Source: Heteronotia binoei (taxonomy: Eukaryota). From it: DNA of 64,000 bases. Positions 23,549 through 37,721 of the stretch are shown piece by piece. Location of the stretch: positions 72,416,001-72,480,000 of the forward strand of contig NC_083232.1 of NCBI RefSeq assembly GCF_032191835.1, written 5' to 3'. How positions within the stretch are numbered: the first letter of the stretch is position 1; every line of letters begins with the position of its first letter. Under the pieces are notes generated by a model, which did not search any database, was not told the origin of the DNA, and worked only from the letters and a program-made list of their open reading frames with translations. The translations under genes and the position numbers were made by a program.

Positions 23549-25369
23549 CTACATACCTACTTAAGAACTAGCTTGTTTGTGTTTTACCTTTCTCAAACAA
23601 ATATCTATAAAATGTGTGCTTTGCCCATGGATCTAAAGAAGTGGTGGAAAGAAAACTGTTTGAGCTTGTTCTATCCATAGTTTATCTCTCAGGGGGAAAA
23701 GGGGGAGGGACTATCTAGAGGGCACTATCTCCTAGGAAAGAACAAAAATCCCAGTGCTGTGGGTTAAGCCCCCTATCAAAAATGAAGAGCCTGAGCAGAC
23801 AAGTGATGGCAGCTTCGTAAATCACAGCAAGAACAAAACCTAACAAATGCCAGTTCTACTCCTTGGGCTTCCACTTCAATGTATGAAAAAGGAGAAGGTG
23901 CACAAGACTCAGCTGCAGATTCGGCATCTGGGGATGTAGATTCAACCAACCTCAACTGGCAGCTATTGAGGGTGGGAGATGACCATTGCTACGGCAGTGA
24001 CATTTGAAGCCAAGCCACCTCAGCTGGGTGGTGGTTTCTGGGGCGGGAGGCAGGAGGAGGCAGAGTTGCATTCAAGAGACATGGTGGGAATTTGACGTCC
24101 CACAGGAGTCCAGGGGACCTGGCAGGGCCTACACAAAGTGTGGAGTGCTCTTCAGAAGAGCTATAAGGTCAGCGGAGGAGACTTGCTGCTCCTAGTAGCA
24201 CGAACCATGTGACAGCAGTCAGACAGGGTACTGTAAACGCCTTCTTCTGAACCAAGGCGGCAGGGCAGGGCAGGCAGCATCCTTGGCTAGGGTGAGGTGG
24301 TTTTTTAGCCTTGGGTCCCTGCTGAACCAATAATCAGCAAACATTCACATACACCTATGCTTTCCATATTTAAATACAGGAGCCCTTGTCCCCCTTGGAC
24401 ATCAGTCCCAAATGCATAATCCCCTTACTCAGATAAAACGACCAAACTTGCACAATTTGGGAACAGTCAAAGACAGCTGTGATAGCTTCACTCCTTGTCA
24501 AAACTATGGGATCCCTTATGGTAGTCACCTCAGTTTAAGTAGGCCGAGTAGGCCCCACCCCCCTCAGGTAGACCCCCTCAATGGTCTTCTGCTTATGGAC
24601 TCTGACCTTCAGGTGTGTTGTGGAGTTCATTCTGCTGGGCTGTGAACTGTGTGTTTGTTTGTTTTGTTGCCTTTTCGAAGAATTTGCTGCATAAAGAGTA
24701 AAGGTGTCTTGCCTTCCATTATATATGTGCTGAAAACAGTAATGCGATGGTAGTGGAAAGGTTTAGTCTATAGCCCTGACCCTTGGCGTGTTCCTCTCTA
24801 TGGTACACCTCCTCAGTGCTTGGCTTGTAGTTCCTGTCCCCAACTCTTTTGGTCTGCTGCCCAACACTGACACTGGTGAGATCATAAGTCTGGCTTCCCC
24901 TCTGTCCTGTCATGACTTGGATATTGTCACATGCTTGCAGCTCAGTGGGTCCCATGTCTGGAAAGGCTGACAACTATGGGTCTATTAGTTGCTATGCCCC
25001 TGTCTTCCCCTCTTGAGCTCACTGCAAGCCTCATGAAACTTCAGCCAGGCTGATGTACAACATTACTATGACATCTTCAGCATTTTTATGCGTTTGGTTG
25101 GGGAAAGAGAGAGGGCTGAATCAGGCATCCCACTTTAGGAAACCCCGTTCTAGTGTTCAGTAAAATCGAATGTAAGTTTTGAGCCTGTGTATCAATATTA
25201 CCAGTATTCTCACTCTCTTTACAACTAGCCAACAGCAAACCACTCCATTTCTACCTCAAGAGATTCATCTACTGTTGCTCCATTTTAGGTATCCTGAAAG
25301 GCAATAACCTTTTCCTAAATGTCCCCCTTTGATTTTGTGCTGATCCAATTCCCTCACCACCTAATTTAC

Positions 25370-25473
25370 CAGTAAGATCAATTTCTTCTTTCTTCAAATA
25401 CTGGCCCGTTGTTGCTAGCCTGAATGTCCGATTCTTGATAAGCCCTTGAACTAACAGCTCATTAAAAGGCTCT
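25370..25473 (-). CDS. LARS2: LARS2 coding exon (~exon 16), 104 bp
   Basis: CTCAG|A...ACTG|GTAAAT. Encodes [34 protein letters not shown](G). Phase 2-1. One codon longer than the human exon as I recall it. Confidence 0.94.
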
Positions 25474-26080
25474 CTGAGGAAAGAAAGAGAAAGAATTTTG
25501 CTGAAAATAGCAACAATACACTTTAAGCTTACTGAAGTCCCATCCTTGTTCATGAAAGAACATCAGGCTAACTACCAGAATCAGCCCCAGTGGGGTCTCT
25601 CCATCCAGTTGCTTAGAACTTCATAAAATGGCATCCTACTCATTTTTGACCTCTCTTGTTGGATGTATCCACCAATGGTAGGACTTTTGAGGGTTACTGA
25701 CAGAGTCTGTCCCAGCTGGATTTCCCAGGATATGCATGCTGATAAAAAGAGGCTAAGCTATACAAAGACACCAGTTATTTCAAGAGCATCAAGTCATTTG
25801 AGTTAGGCATCTTGCTGGGACCCAGAATCTAAGACCTCAAGGAAGAAGCGGACTGAACAAAGAGACAAAGGTTGCAATCCTATGGATGCTTTCCTAGGAG
25901 AAAGCCCCACTGAATATCAAGGCACTTATCTCCAATAGACCTGCTTGGGATTGTTCCCAAAATTCATATTCACACCCTACACTGTTTTGCCCTACCTGAG
26001 GAAGACAGAGAGGCTTAATTTCTTCCATTTTATTGTACTGCTGTTAATGTGATTTGCAGGATGTCTATAGATGGTGTGAC

Positions 26081-26289
26081 CAATGCTCCCTCTAAGCTGT
26101 GGGCACATGTGAGCAACAATTCTATTCCGTGAGCTACAAGCATTAAAGTTGTGAGCGAATAACTTAACTGCTGAATAACTTAACTGCTGCTCTGGGGCTA
26201 TCCTTCCTGAGCTGAGGCAAAAATGTGTAAGCCAGAGGCTAAAAAAAATGTGACCTAGCTCACACTAACTCAGCTTAGAGGAAACACTG
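26081..26289. mobile_element. hAT-type MITE (209 bp)
   Basis: CAATGCTCCCTCTAAGCTG / CAGCTTAGAGGAAACACTG TIRs and a perfect 8-bp TSD GGTGTGAC. Related copies at 52798-52995 and ~49786-49915. Confidence 0.82.
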
Positions 26290-26526
26290 GGTGTGACTGA
26301 TATTTTATTAGGTTCACCTGCAGATTAGTACATTTCTGTTTAGCAAGAGAAGATACGTTCATGTGTGAAAGTGTCCACATGTGAGAAAATGCACATCTTT
26401 TGGCACAGCTGACTGTGATGACTAGCAACAAGTGAGCAACATCCTGGCATGTAATTAGTAGTTACAAGCCACGGGTGTGGATTTACTGACACAGACCCAA
26501 TGGCCTTCCATTTGAGACACATCAGC

Positions 26527-26530
<4 letters not shown>

Positions 26531-26588
<58 letters not shown>
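26531..26588. repeat. (GA)29 microsatellite
   Basis: Perfect GA dinucleotide run of 58 bp. Confidence 0.97.
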
Positions 26589-26591
<3 letters not shown>

Positions 26592-26944
26592 GTATGAAAT
26601 CTGAGGGTTCCACATTGACAGTCTTACCGGCAATGATAGCATCATCCAACTGTGAGCAACTGATGTTTCTGTTTCACATCTAAACAGCTGAAGCAACTTT
26701 GTATATCACTGTATACATTCTCATTAAATTTAGCCACAGAAAATGTTATGTTCAATGGACTAAGGTTTTCCATCTTCAGATTGTGAGAACCCATCAAATG
26801 CTGAAAAACACTAATGCTACACCCCTAGTGTGGAAGCCATTATTACACAGCTCCTTTCTGTGCTGCCAGGAGAATGCGACAAGCCCAAGCGCACGAGCAC
26901 AGAGACTTTGTCTTTTTGTTCTCCTTCCAAGATGATGAAATGGG

Positions 26945-27467
26945 CAGGGCTGTAGCCAGGATTTTAATAGTCAAGAGGCTTTTTAAAAAGTAGGAGAAAC
27001 CCTTTCCCATCCACTGTGGGGCTTGCTGCTTCTCAGAAACTTTCTGGGGTAGGGGCAAAAGCTGGAGGCTCTGAAAGTGGCCAAGTCAAGGCAGCCAACG
27101 CTAAAACTCTGGACTCAAGAAGGGACTGTATCTTGCGTGCAAGCAGGGGAGTTTCCTTCCACCTCCCTCTCCCCCACCCCAGCACTTTGCAGCCAGCAGC
27201 TCCATCCATCCCCCCTCCCTGGCTCATTCCATATGGTTTCCTCCACCTTCTGCTCCTGTCTCCCTCCTCGTCACCTGCTGCTTTCACTGCTGCAGTGCAC
27301 TTGCTCAGCTCTCCTGGCTCCGGCTGCCGCTGATGACACTTCTCTAGCTCAGCCATAGCAAAAAAAAAAATCGCGGGCTGTGCTCTGGAGTGCCTCCTGG
27401 AAGTCCAGGGGCCCTGCCTGGAAGTCGGGGGCAGTGTCCCCACAGGCCCTTTGTGGCTACGGGCCTG
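26945..27467. mobile_element. GC-rich hAT MITE (523 bp)
   Basis: CAGGGCTGTAGCC / GGCTACGGGCCTG termini and a perfect 8-bp TSD GAAATGGG. Confidence 0.78.
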
Positions 27468-28591
27468 GAAATGGGGCTCTTGACACATGACTTGGGCTTC
27501 TCAAACTGCTCAGGCAAATTAAGAAAGAGCTGCTGTACAGCCGCCACATCAACAAACACTTTCAGCAGGGTTGTCATGATTAGAGTACTAGACTAGGAAT
27601 TGGGAGACTTGGGTTCAAATCCTAACTCATGCCATGGGAACTCAGTAGGTGATCATTCTCTCTCAGTCTAACCTACCTCACAGGCTGGATGTTGTGGGAA
27701 TAAAATGAAAGAGGGGAGAATGATGTTGTCAGTCATTTTGGGCTGCCATTGGTGAGAAAAATGAAGCATAAGTATTGAAATAAATAGGTGAAACACATGC
27801 AATTAGCTCATTTTCACAATCCACAGGACTCTGTGTACTGCTACAAATGTCAGAAATAAAGATGGAAACCAAAGACAGGCCATGATATAACACATTCCTT
27901 TAAGGCTTGTCTGTGAAATTAACGAAGACAGAGAGTAGAGAAAAAATGATTCAAACAATTCCATCAAATGCAAAAGCTGTTTTCTCACTAAAAATAACTT
28001 GCTTGAAACCACCAGCACTCTCCACAGGCAAATGGGTAAATTTCCAAGCCAGAAGTAATTTTTCAGGGAACGTTTATCTTTTGATGACATGGTGTTAATT
28101 CACATAACTTGCCCTTGTTGATAACAAGCTGTACTTGTTTGCAATGATAAAAGTACAAAGAATCTTACCATTTATGGAAGTTAAAAAACTATACTTGTTT
28201 TGAGAACTAAAAATGCCAGAGGGAGATTGCCTAAAACTGCCCAAGGAAACTGCTTTCTACTGCTTTTCTCCAGTTACTCTATGAAGTGTTCTTAATAGTA
28301 TTGCAGTAACAGCTCCCTCTTATGGCCATCTAACTCATCTCAAACCTGTAGCTGAAAGAAACCCAGGAACAAGCAAGGAGCAAAAAAGAAGTCAGAATTC
28401 AAATACCATAATTTCTAGCAAACAGATGCTTCTTCCTTTCCATAACATACTGCTACCCTTGATCCAGAATTGGTATTGTATAAAAGCGATGAAGAAGAAA
28501 GCAGGGCACAATCACAATTTTCCTAAATCCAACTTTCCTTATTCAATACAAGCCAGTGGGGCAGATTTTTGGTGTTCCTAAATAACATCAA

Positions 28592-28856
28592 AGAAGGGGG
28601 AGGGGAGGAGGAGATTGGATTTATACTGCACCCTTCACTCAGAGCCTCAGAGCAGCTCACAATCTCCTTCCCTTCCTCTCCCCACAACAGACACCTGGTG
28701 AGATAGGTGGGGCTGAGAGACTCTTTTGAGAACAGCTGAGAGAATTGTGACTGACCCAAAGTCACCCAGCTGACTGCATGTGAAGCAGTGGGGAACCAAA
28801 CCCAATTCACCATATTAGAGTCTGCCACTCTTAACCACTACACCAAACTGGCTCTC
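28592..28856 (-). mobile_element. tRNA-derived SINE with L2-like tail
   Basis: Head GAGAGCCAGTTTGGTGTAGTGGTTAAGAGTGGCAGACTC. Colinear with 40625-40890. Confidence 0.82.
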
Positions 28857-29039
28857 TTATTAAACAGTAAATGCAAGGAGCCAGAGGGAGTCTTGTGTGC
28901 CCCCTCCCTTTGAAAAGGCTTTGTTTATAAACCTTTCCAATATTTTTAAAAATTAAATATAGTAGTTCCAATCCTGCTGTTCAGACTATGTACAAGGAGG
29001 GCACAGGCACTATCCAATAGGTGCTTGTGACCATTACAC

Positions 29040-29197
29040 AGGGTTGCCAACCTCCAAGTGTAGTCTGCAGATTCTACACTACCAAAATCAGTTAACCCTG
29101 GAGGAAATGGCAGTGTTGGAGGCTAGACATCTCGCTCTGTTCCCCAAACACCACCCCAAATCTTAAGGAATTTCTCAACCCAGAGCTGGCTACCCTA
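29040..29197. mobile_element. Short hAT-type MITE
   Basis: AGGGTTGCCAACCT / GCTGGCTACCCT termini. Confidence 0.55.
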
Positions 29198-29531
29198 AGG
29201 CATTCACCACAACATACAGGTCTCTTTCAATTGTGCTAATTGTGTTGCTGGGAGCTAGTTTGGGACTCTTAGCAGTCATGAGAGCTGAATGCATTACTGC
29301 AACCTGAAAAACCAGTCTGGCCATTGTGAGAATGTATAAATGAACAAGTGGGTCACTGCAACTTTACAATACCACCTCCACTTCTCTTTAACGTTTGTAC
29401 ACAGCCTAATCTCAGTACAGAAATGCACCGCTGGAGAAGGTAGCCATGTGCCTCCTTTCTCACTGAACGCCAAGCATGCGTTTGAAGATTGAGACTGGGA
29501 TAGTTTTGCACAGGAATCAAATATAGCTTAC

Positions 29532-29669
29532 TTGTGCTTTGTCAGCTTTTGATCATGGCAGAAATGACTGAAGAATCGGGCATAGTACAAATGCATAACG
29601 GCATGCTCCTTTCCTCCGATGTAGAGATCCACAGGCATCCAGTAGTCTGCCAGTTCTTTATGAAAAGGC
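29532..29669 (-). CDS. LARS2: LARS2 coding exon (~exon 15), 138 bp
   Basis: TATAG|G...CACAA|GTAAGC. Encodes [45 protein letters not shown] (YIGGxEHAxxHL motif). Phase 2-2. Confidence 0.97.
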
Positions 29670-30609
29670 CTATAAAAGGACAACAACAAAAGCTGGTGCC
29701 AGAAACATTTATGGAAACCATTCCAATCATCAAGACTCTATTCAGATTGGCTTGCAGGAAGCCTCTATTTGAGATGCTACCATTAGAGGGCAACATGACA
29801 TTATTATTCTTACATCAAAGTACATTCTGAACACTCAAGTGGCTGCTATCATTTGAACTTCAAAATGTATGCCTCGTTATAAAAATCAAATATTCACACT
29901 GCTTGCATGCATTTGTAGAAAGGCAAAAGACAAGCTTCGGATTCAGTGGGAACTCACAGGAGCACAGCTCCTGAACCTTTCTGAGAGTTCCACCTCCTCC
30001 TTCCCACCTTGTCCACTGAATAGTAGATGCAGCTGCATAACATTCCCTGAATGAGCTCCACCACCTATTTTTCTACAAAATGACCCCTGGTATCAGACAT
30101 ATATTGGAGGGGGGGGCATGTTCTGTAGAGAAGGTTCGTTGCCTGTGCATGTTAATGTTCAATCCTGTGCAGAGTTACTGCAGTCTAAACCCACCGGCTG
30201 CAATAAATTTAGACTGGAGTAACAGCATAAGGTGGTACTGTTATGTCTGGAGTGGCTACATATGACAGTCTTTTCCTGGCAAGCTAATTCTCATAACAAT
30301 GAATTAAAACTTTACAACACAGCAAGGTAAATGCTACATTGAGAATGAAAAAAGCAATATTAAGAAAAGTTCAATAAATGATCGTAATGGTATTTCAAAT
30401 AGACTTATAACTTGCCTTTTGTTCATCATAAAATTCAAAGGCGTATACATAGGGTTCCCCGGTTCCCTTCCATGCCTTGTGTAGACCTGCCTTTGCATAG
30501 CTTTAGCAAGGTGGCTGGATTGTATGCCTTCCAGCTGTACCCCCAGACAAAAAGATAATACCTCTAAACAGGCAACTGAAGAATGACATCTCAAATAAAC
30601 TCAGGTTTA

Positions 30610-33600
30610 TCCAAACTGAGGAGGGGGGGCAACATTGGGACCAGATTTAACTGTGCACACATGAGTGGCAGCTGCAGAGAGTCCCCCCCCCCTTGGTGAT
30701 CTGCATTATGCTGATTTCTATGTTTGGTTCTGAATTACTGTATTTGGTATAAAATCACTCTGGGGTGGGGTTGTGTTGTGTTCTGGGTTTTTGCTTCTAT
30801 TGTGCAAACATGTTAATATTTTCAGTTCTATTTTAGTTTTATCTATCTAGCTTTACCTCGGCTGCTTTGTTATCAGTATCTCTGAGCTGTAACTGTTGAG
30901 TTTTAGCTTCAGTTTTAATTTTATAACTATTTAAGCTATTTTATCAGTATTTTATTTTATCAGTGCTCTACTATTTATCACTATTCTATTATTATAGTTT
31001 AATAGTATATATTTTATATTTTTTGCCCAATTAGGGATTATCTTGGTGGGTGTAAATCTGAGGGATTTAGCAGAGCCATATTTTAATTTAATAGCAGCCC
31101 GTAGTTTAAAAACCCTATTAATGTTAAGCCCTTAATTTTATTAGGAATAATTTATATTTTATTAATAATTGGTTTTATATAGGCTAGTCGCTGAAGATAG
31201 ATTAATAATAATGCGGGGGGGGGGAGAGGAAAGATCTGTTCCATATAATGGAGAAGTGCCATCTGCAAAGAGTAAGATGGAGAAATATTTTCAGCAAATT
31301 TCACCAACTGCACTCGCTAACAGGTTTGCCCCTTTACTAAATGATGTGTCAGCTCTGCCAAGTTTTGAGGCTTCTATACTGCCCCCCAGAACCCCACTAT
31401 TGACATGAAAACTTTTGATGAACTATTAAAACCGAATGCTACTAATTGGGAGGTATCTGAGGAGATAGCGATTCTTACTTCTTAGACACATGCAGAAACC
31501 TTGCAAAAATATCTTTTGATCTAACAGGTCAATTTCAAGTCTTTCTGGCTAATTTGCAGGTGTGTGTGTAAAGGGACAGAAATTAGACATGAAAGTGAAG
31601 TTAAAATCATGATGAAGTAGGAGGGGGTACAAAGAATATCAAAGGTATCAACAAAACAACAAAAGTTTATCAGAGACAGCCTCCCTTACATCTGGAACAG
31701 AATACAATACAGTTGTTCTAAATTACTACTGTTGGCAATGCCTGCAAGGCAGAGATGGTATTTGGCTGAGGACAGCTAAGGTTTACATTTGGCACTCCCA
31801 CTTTCACTATCATTCTCCCAGCATGATAGTGGCACCACCCACATTTCACGCCATTTTGTTTTTAGGGGAACTGTACTACCTTTACTGTTATTTAATTTGG
31901 TTTTACTCTGTTTTTGGAATGTAATTTTGCTGTGAACCACCTTGAGCCTGGCTATTGGGAAAGGTGGTCAAAAATTCAAATAAATAAATGGTCAACAAAG
32001 CGGGTGGCAAAAGAATGTCTTGTTTTTCTTCTGGGTCACCACTTTTCATCAATTGATTTAAGATATGTTTCAAGGATTCACAAGTGTGTTTTTTTTGGGG
32101 GGGGGAGGTAGGGTTAAGTTAGAATTTTTTCACTCAAAGATTCCTTCATTAATTTTCTTAAAATGGGATATGTTAAAAACATATGGGATCTTTTGATTCA
32201 ATCTTTTGTTCCAAGGGCAAGGGACCCACTTTTTTCTATGCCATCTATAAGAAAGGAATTTAGACTGGGAATAGGGAAATAGGGGAAATAGAGCAAATCA
32301 TGACTATGGAGTGCCCTAAGATTAGTCCTCACAATAAGGTATTTATTTTGATCTCCTACTGACCAGAGAATCAAGAGATGCTGAGTGATTCGACCTCCCT
32401 TTCCTTGAGGTGAGGAAGGCTGTTTTGCTGGTTAGTTCACCTACAAAGGAAAGTATGCAGGCTCACCTTGAGGGTTTTGAAAGCAATCTGTTGGATCCTT
32501 TGGGTTATTTTCCATTCCTTAGCAAAATCATACACTTTCAAGATTACAAAATGTAATAGTCGCTCCAGAAACTATTAAAGTACAGAAAATTCAGGACAAT
32601 GAAAGGGACCTTTTATATGTTAAGGGACAGTCCACAAAAAATTATTTTGTACCAAAGCTTCTGGTGCTTGGAGCCCTTTTGGTCAAACAGCCATTCCTAC
32701 TGAGTCCCAGATGCAGACAGAGAAAGGAAACCCTGCTGCCTCCAAAGGTGAAAATGAGTGACGAGATAAACAGAAAATATGCTTTCTTTCTTGGAATGTG
32801 GCTGGATGGAATAACAAAAGGAGCGTGAAGAGAACAGGGAAACTCCTGAAAATCTATGATATAATCTTAATACAGGAGACTTGGTTAATGGACTAATATA
32901 TTTATATTAGAGACTTAGACTATTCCATCTATTCTCTTCAGGCTGTAAAAAAAAAACCAAGAGGAGACGCCCTTTGGTTGACATTGCTTGTTGAAGATAT
33001 TGCAGTATTACCTAATTATCCCAACTATGCAATAGTCTTGTATTTGAATTTTCAAAGCCTCTCATTTATGGTGATTACTGCTTATATTCCTCTCACTGTG
33101 CACAAAATAGCTTTGTCTAAATACGAGTAAATTCAACAAATGCTTTCAGTATATTAATTCTTTACATTCGGGGCCTGGTGACTTGAATGCATGCACTGGG
33201 GCTTCCAATGAAGCTTTTAAGGAAAGTGACCAATCTGCAGCTAATTTCCCCATCCGGGTAAGGAAACCAAAGGACATCAAGTTAAATGGAGCAGGGAGGA
33301 AATTAGCTTCCCTAATAGCTAATAATGGTTTGAAGATTCTCAACAGTTGCCCCCAAGTAGGTAACTGAGGATTATACATGTGTAAACCATTGTGGTGCCA
33401 GCATTATTGATTATTTTATTGCTTCCTTTGAATTGTTTGCCTTAACTGAATTTCTCGGAGCAACTGAATACTTGTGTGTGACCATCTCCCTTTAGAAATG
33501 GCCCTTTTGGACCCAGGTAAAGCAAATTATCCATCTCAAGAGTCCTTGCAAGTTTAGGTAAACTCACGTTTGCACTGGAGCCAAACTACAGGGAAGAAAG

Positions 33601-33990
33601 TTGAAGAATTAAGAACCTATCCCAAGGCTATTTTAAAACCTTGATCTCTACTTACACTAAAAACCTAAGAACTTTTAAACATTATAAAGGATTTGGCAGA
33701 TTTATTGATTTATTTCAACCACTGGCTAAAAGTTCTTTTGATGTTACATGGTAAGCTTGTGGTATGATGCAGATTGTAGAGCGTTCAAGCGTGCAATATG
33801 TTATACACACTGCCGGTTTAAAATTTGTAACTCAAGGCATATATATGCTATGGTATCTGCTTGTTAAATGGGAATATAGAGCTGTTGCTAAAAAAAAAAA
33901 AAAAAAAAGGACCTATGGCTGGACTGGAACCATTTAATTTGAGCTACTAGCCTTATCTTGCATCAGTGAAATTCCCAATTCTGCTGTATG
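30610..33990 (+). pseudogene. Degenerate APE-type non-LTR retrotransposon: 5' region, ORF1 remnants and endonuclease; RT absent
   Basis: SWNVAGW...DIILIQETW (32789-32884), GDLNA (~33177), SIIDY (~33401) and WYDADC (~33765), with stops and frameshifts. An L2-like fragment is nested at ~31880-31990. Clade and left boundary are uncertain. Confidence 0.7.
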
Positions 33991-33994
33991 CTGA

Positions 33995-34350
33995 CGGCCG
34001 CTGAGCCATGCCTCTCTTCCTTCTATTGGCTGAGGCTCCTCCCCCTCCTGGTCCCCTGGGCAAGGAAGGAAAGAGCCAGAGCTTCCTTTGCCTTGTTCCC
34101 TGGATTCCATGGGAGAAATACAAAGAAAGCACCTTTAAGACCAACAACTGCTAATGTTTGAAGCATGTTTTAAGTTTTTTTTAAAATTGTGTTTATCTGC
34201 ATCCTTTTTAAAGCTTATATCTCTGCTACCTAATCTTAAATAGATATACACATGGCCTGGCCTGACATGGCCCTGGCTCGACAAGGCCTCATTTACATCA
34301 GATTTGGCCTTCATAACAAATGAGCTCAACATCCCTGTTCTAAACAACTA
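33995..34350. mobile_element. Right half of a hAT MITE (same family as 35236-35791)
   Basis: Colinear with ~35420-35791 and ends AATGAGCTCAACATCCCTG. The left half is absent. Confidence 0.75.
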
Positions 34351-35235
34351 CATAAACCTGTCATATTCTGTTGGGAGATCCCATTATGCAGGTAGCTTTC
34401 CGTTAGTTGTTTAAACAAATTCTCAATGGCTGTTCAGGACTACTGGATTGAATGAATAGTAACAGAAAAGAAAGCATATGTATATCACAACACTATTACA
34501 TAGCATTTTTTTCATGTATTCCTTTCTTGTTGGGATTCTTGGCAGAATAGCAGCAAGAAGCCTTTACCTGAGGCTTTCATACAGTGGACAGTATAAGGAA
34601 GAGTGAGCAACATCTTCAAAAGATTGAGCCACAAATACAAAGGCAGATGCTCATGGGACTAGGATTTTTTTATGATTTTCCACCCACACAAGCCAAAGGC
34701 AAAGTCTGAAAATGGAGGGGAGTAAATGCTCTCCTTCAAGCACAAAATGTTACAACTATGGTTGTATAGTATGATTAAAATGCTGCCCCTGAGACTCTCA
34801 TGTTCTAAACACATTGAATATCCTATTTTGAACTGCCAAAGGATCAAACTACATGAGATATTTTATAATGGGGAACCCAGACTCAACTCATAAGAAAAAC
34901 ATCCTATGTAGTTTTGGACCTTACTCCTTTTAATTCTGTTCTTACTTAGATCAATAAGATCTTTCAAGTAGCCATTAAACAATCCATAATCAGCAAGGTT
35001 AAGTTCATATTTCTTAGTCCAGTTACACTTATAATTTAGGGTGATTTGTTCCAAGTAGCATTTCCTGGGCAACCATGCTTCTGCAGCAGTGAACTAAGGC
35101 CAGTATAGACCAGCAAAGAAAGAAAATGACTCAACCAACTCTGAAATGTCTCCCAGGTGTAATTCATAATTAAAGATCTATAATTTTAAAGCTTGATTTA
35201 CAGCTGCATCACCCACTGTGACATACGTCCTAATG

Positions 35236-35791
35236 CAGGGGTGTCAAACGTGTCCCGGGGGGGCTCCTATCAGGCCCCCGGGCAACTGGCTTTCATCTGC
35301 TTCCTTCTCCCTCTCTCTTGCTTCCTTCTGCATCACAGCTTGCTTAGCCAGGCTTGCTCAATCACACAGGAGCCTCTATTTCCCTCATTTGCTGAGGCTC
35401 CTCTCTTGGGGAGGAAGGGGGAAAGGGATAGCTTACTTTGCTAGGCTGTCTCAATTGCACAGCAGAGCTACTTAGCCAAGCCTCTCTTGCTTCTATTGGC
35501 TGAGGTCCCTCCCCCTCCTGGGGAAAGAAGGAAAGAGCCAGCTTCCTTTGCCCAATTTCCTGGATCCCATGGAAGAGATACAAAGAAAGCACCTTTAAGA
35601 CCAACGAATGCTAATGTTCTAATCATGTTTTATTTTTTAATAAAAAATATTTAATTGCGTTTGTCTGTGCCCTTTATAAAGTTTATACCTCTGCTATCAG
35701 GTATTACATTTTATGACACACATGGCCCAGCTTGACAAGGTCTCATTTGTGTCAGATTCATCCCCCATAACAAATAAGTTTGACACTCCTG
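35236..35791. mobile_element. hAT MITE (556 bp)
   Basis: TIRs CAGGGGTGTCAAAC / GTTTGACACTCCTG. 8-bp TSD TCCTAATG/TCCTGATG. Confidence 0.85.
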
Positions 35792-36980
35792 TCCTGATGG
35801 GACAGTCTCTTAGCACTGGAAAAATGGATGGCAAAGACACTGAGCTGGATCCTGTGACTCCCTTCTGACTTTGCTTTTTCCACCTGCACTAATGGAAGAA
35901 GACCCAGCGTGAGGGAATCATGGGATCCAACAAATTCTTTAAAGTAGTTTATTGTGGCAGTTAAAAATGTGGCTAAAACACTATATTTGTATGGTTGTGA
36001 CAGCATTTTACAATTGATTGTCAGAGGAAGCTTCAGGGTGGTTTTTTGTTTTTGTTTTACTTTCATTTTCACTTCTCTTCTGTGGACGTGTAATCAAAAA
36101 TTACGGGGGGGGGGAGGATAGGTACTATTCTCAAAACATTGATTACATTTGGTCATATGGATGGAGTTTGTCACCATAATTACTATTGGTTCTAAAATTA
36201 ACACTTCACATATGAGGAAATTTTAACAAGGGAAAGCTCTGGATCAACTTGTGCATTCTGTACCATGACAGCATTCTCACTTAATTTGTAGTTTAAAACA
36301 GCCAATCGGTGCACACTTCATTCTGATGTCATGACAAACAGCAATTAACCTCCAAGTAGGCATGAACACAGCTTGTCGTGGTGCATGAACACACTCTTCC
36401 CTCTTCTCCCTCTCTTTTCTTTAAGAGTGTACTGTGTAGAGCCCAGCTCAATTACATTCCAGTTCATCGTGATGTCTACCTGTAGGCACCTCAATGAACT
36501 GGAGTCTGTCTATTCCACAAAACTTGGCATTCTAAACTGGCATTTAACCCCTGGGGTGGGAGGAAACAAAGCCCAATTTGCCAGAGTTCCCTGGATTTGG
36601 ACTGAAACTTCATAAGAAGTTTTCCAATAAGCTCAGCACACTAAAAGAGGAAGGAGGTGGGAAGCGCAAGGGTCATGTGAGAGCACAGACAACAAACAAT
36701 ATTCATGCTTGATTGGAGTTTAATTGCAGGCAGCTCGTTGTAAAGGCTGAATGAAGACTAACGCAAATGATCCTGGGACCAAGCAACAGTGACAAAATCC
36801 CAATACGAATCCCCCACAGGACCTCTTTCCACGCTGTTTAGCATAAGATGATGGCGAAGGATTATCCAGAGCAAAGCTTTGGTTTTTTCCCCCAACCTGA
36901 GCTATAACAAAAAAGGGGATGGCATTAATAATATTAACAGAGAAGTGTGCATTCCTGCATGCAGCACATATAATGACTCA

Positions 36981-37094
<114 letters not shown>

Positions 37095-37721
37095 TTATCA
37101 TCATTAGAGTCCTACGGAGATAAAAATTCAATGCCGGTCTGTTGCCCGAAAACCAATTTGCACATTACAAGAAGTGAGAATCACAGATATCTTACTCGTG
37201 CTTCTGCAAGCCTCACTTCTAACCAAGCACACAAAACAGAGGCCTCATGTCAGAAGTGAAGCAATCAGAAGTGCGATTCTGCTCAGGAATTCCTGTTTCC
37301 ATGAACATGCAAAATCGATTCTGAGTTCTCTTAAAATGTTCAGAAGCCAGCCCGAGATTAATGCACATTTATTACAAACAACAGCAAAGCATCTTTCCAA
37401 CAGGGGTTCCGTTGTTCACAACCCTTTTTGGAACAGCCGTGAAACTTCAAAATTTCTCAGGAACCACAGTCAGCTTCCTTCTATCAGCATCCCAGTGAAT
37501 GCTCAAAGAAAGAGCAACAATCTGTTCCTCGTTCAATGAACAGAGGGAAAGACTATTGGTGCTGCTGCTGGTTGCTTTTGAGTAGCGTGGGAGTCTGAAA
37601 CTCACTGGCAGCCCAGCAAAGACAGAATGTACCTGGCAGGCAAGAACGCTCCAGCTCCGGCCTTCAAACCATTCATATCATTTTATAAGCAAATGGTTTT
37701 GTTATCTAGAGCCCTACGATA

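Noticed and set aside
28780-28856. Possible tRNA genes here and at other A/B-box sites (e.g. 20810-20888, 37860-37923)
   Set aside because: No complete cloverleaf; each continues into a SINE body present in several copies.
36840-36906. Possible intronic C/D box snoRNA (ATGATGG...CTGA)
   Set aside because: It lies on the strand opposite to LARS2, the C box is imperfect, the span is short, and the terminal stem is misplaced.
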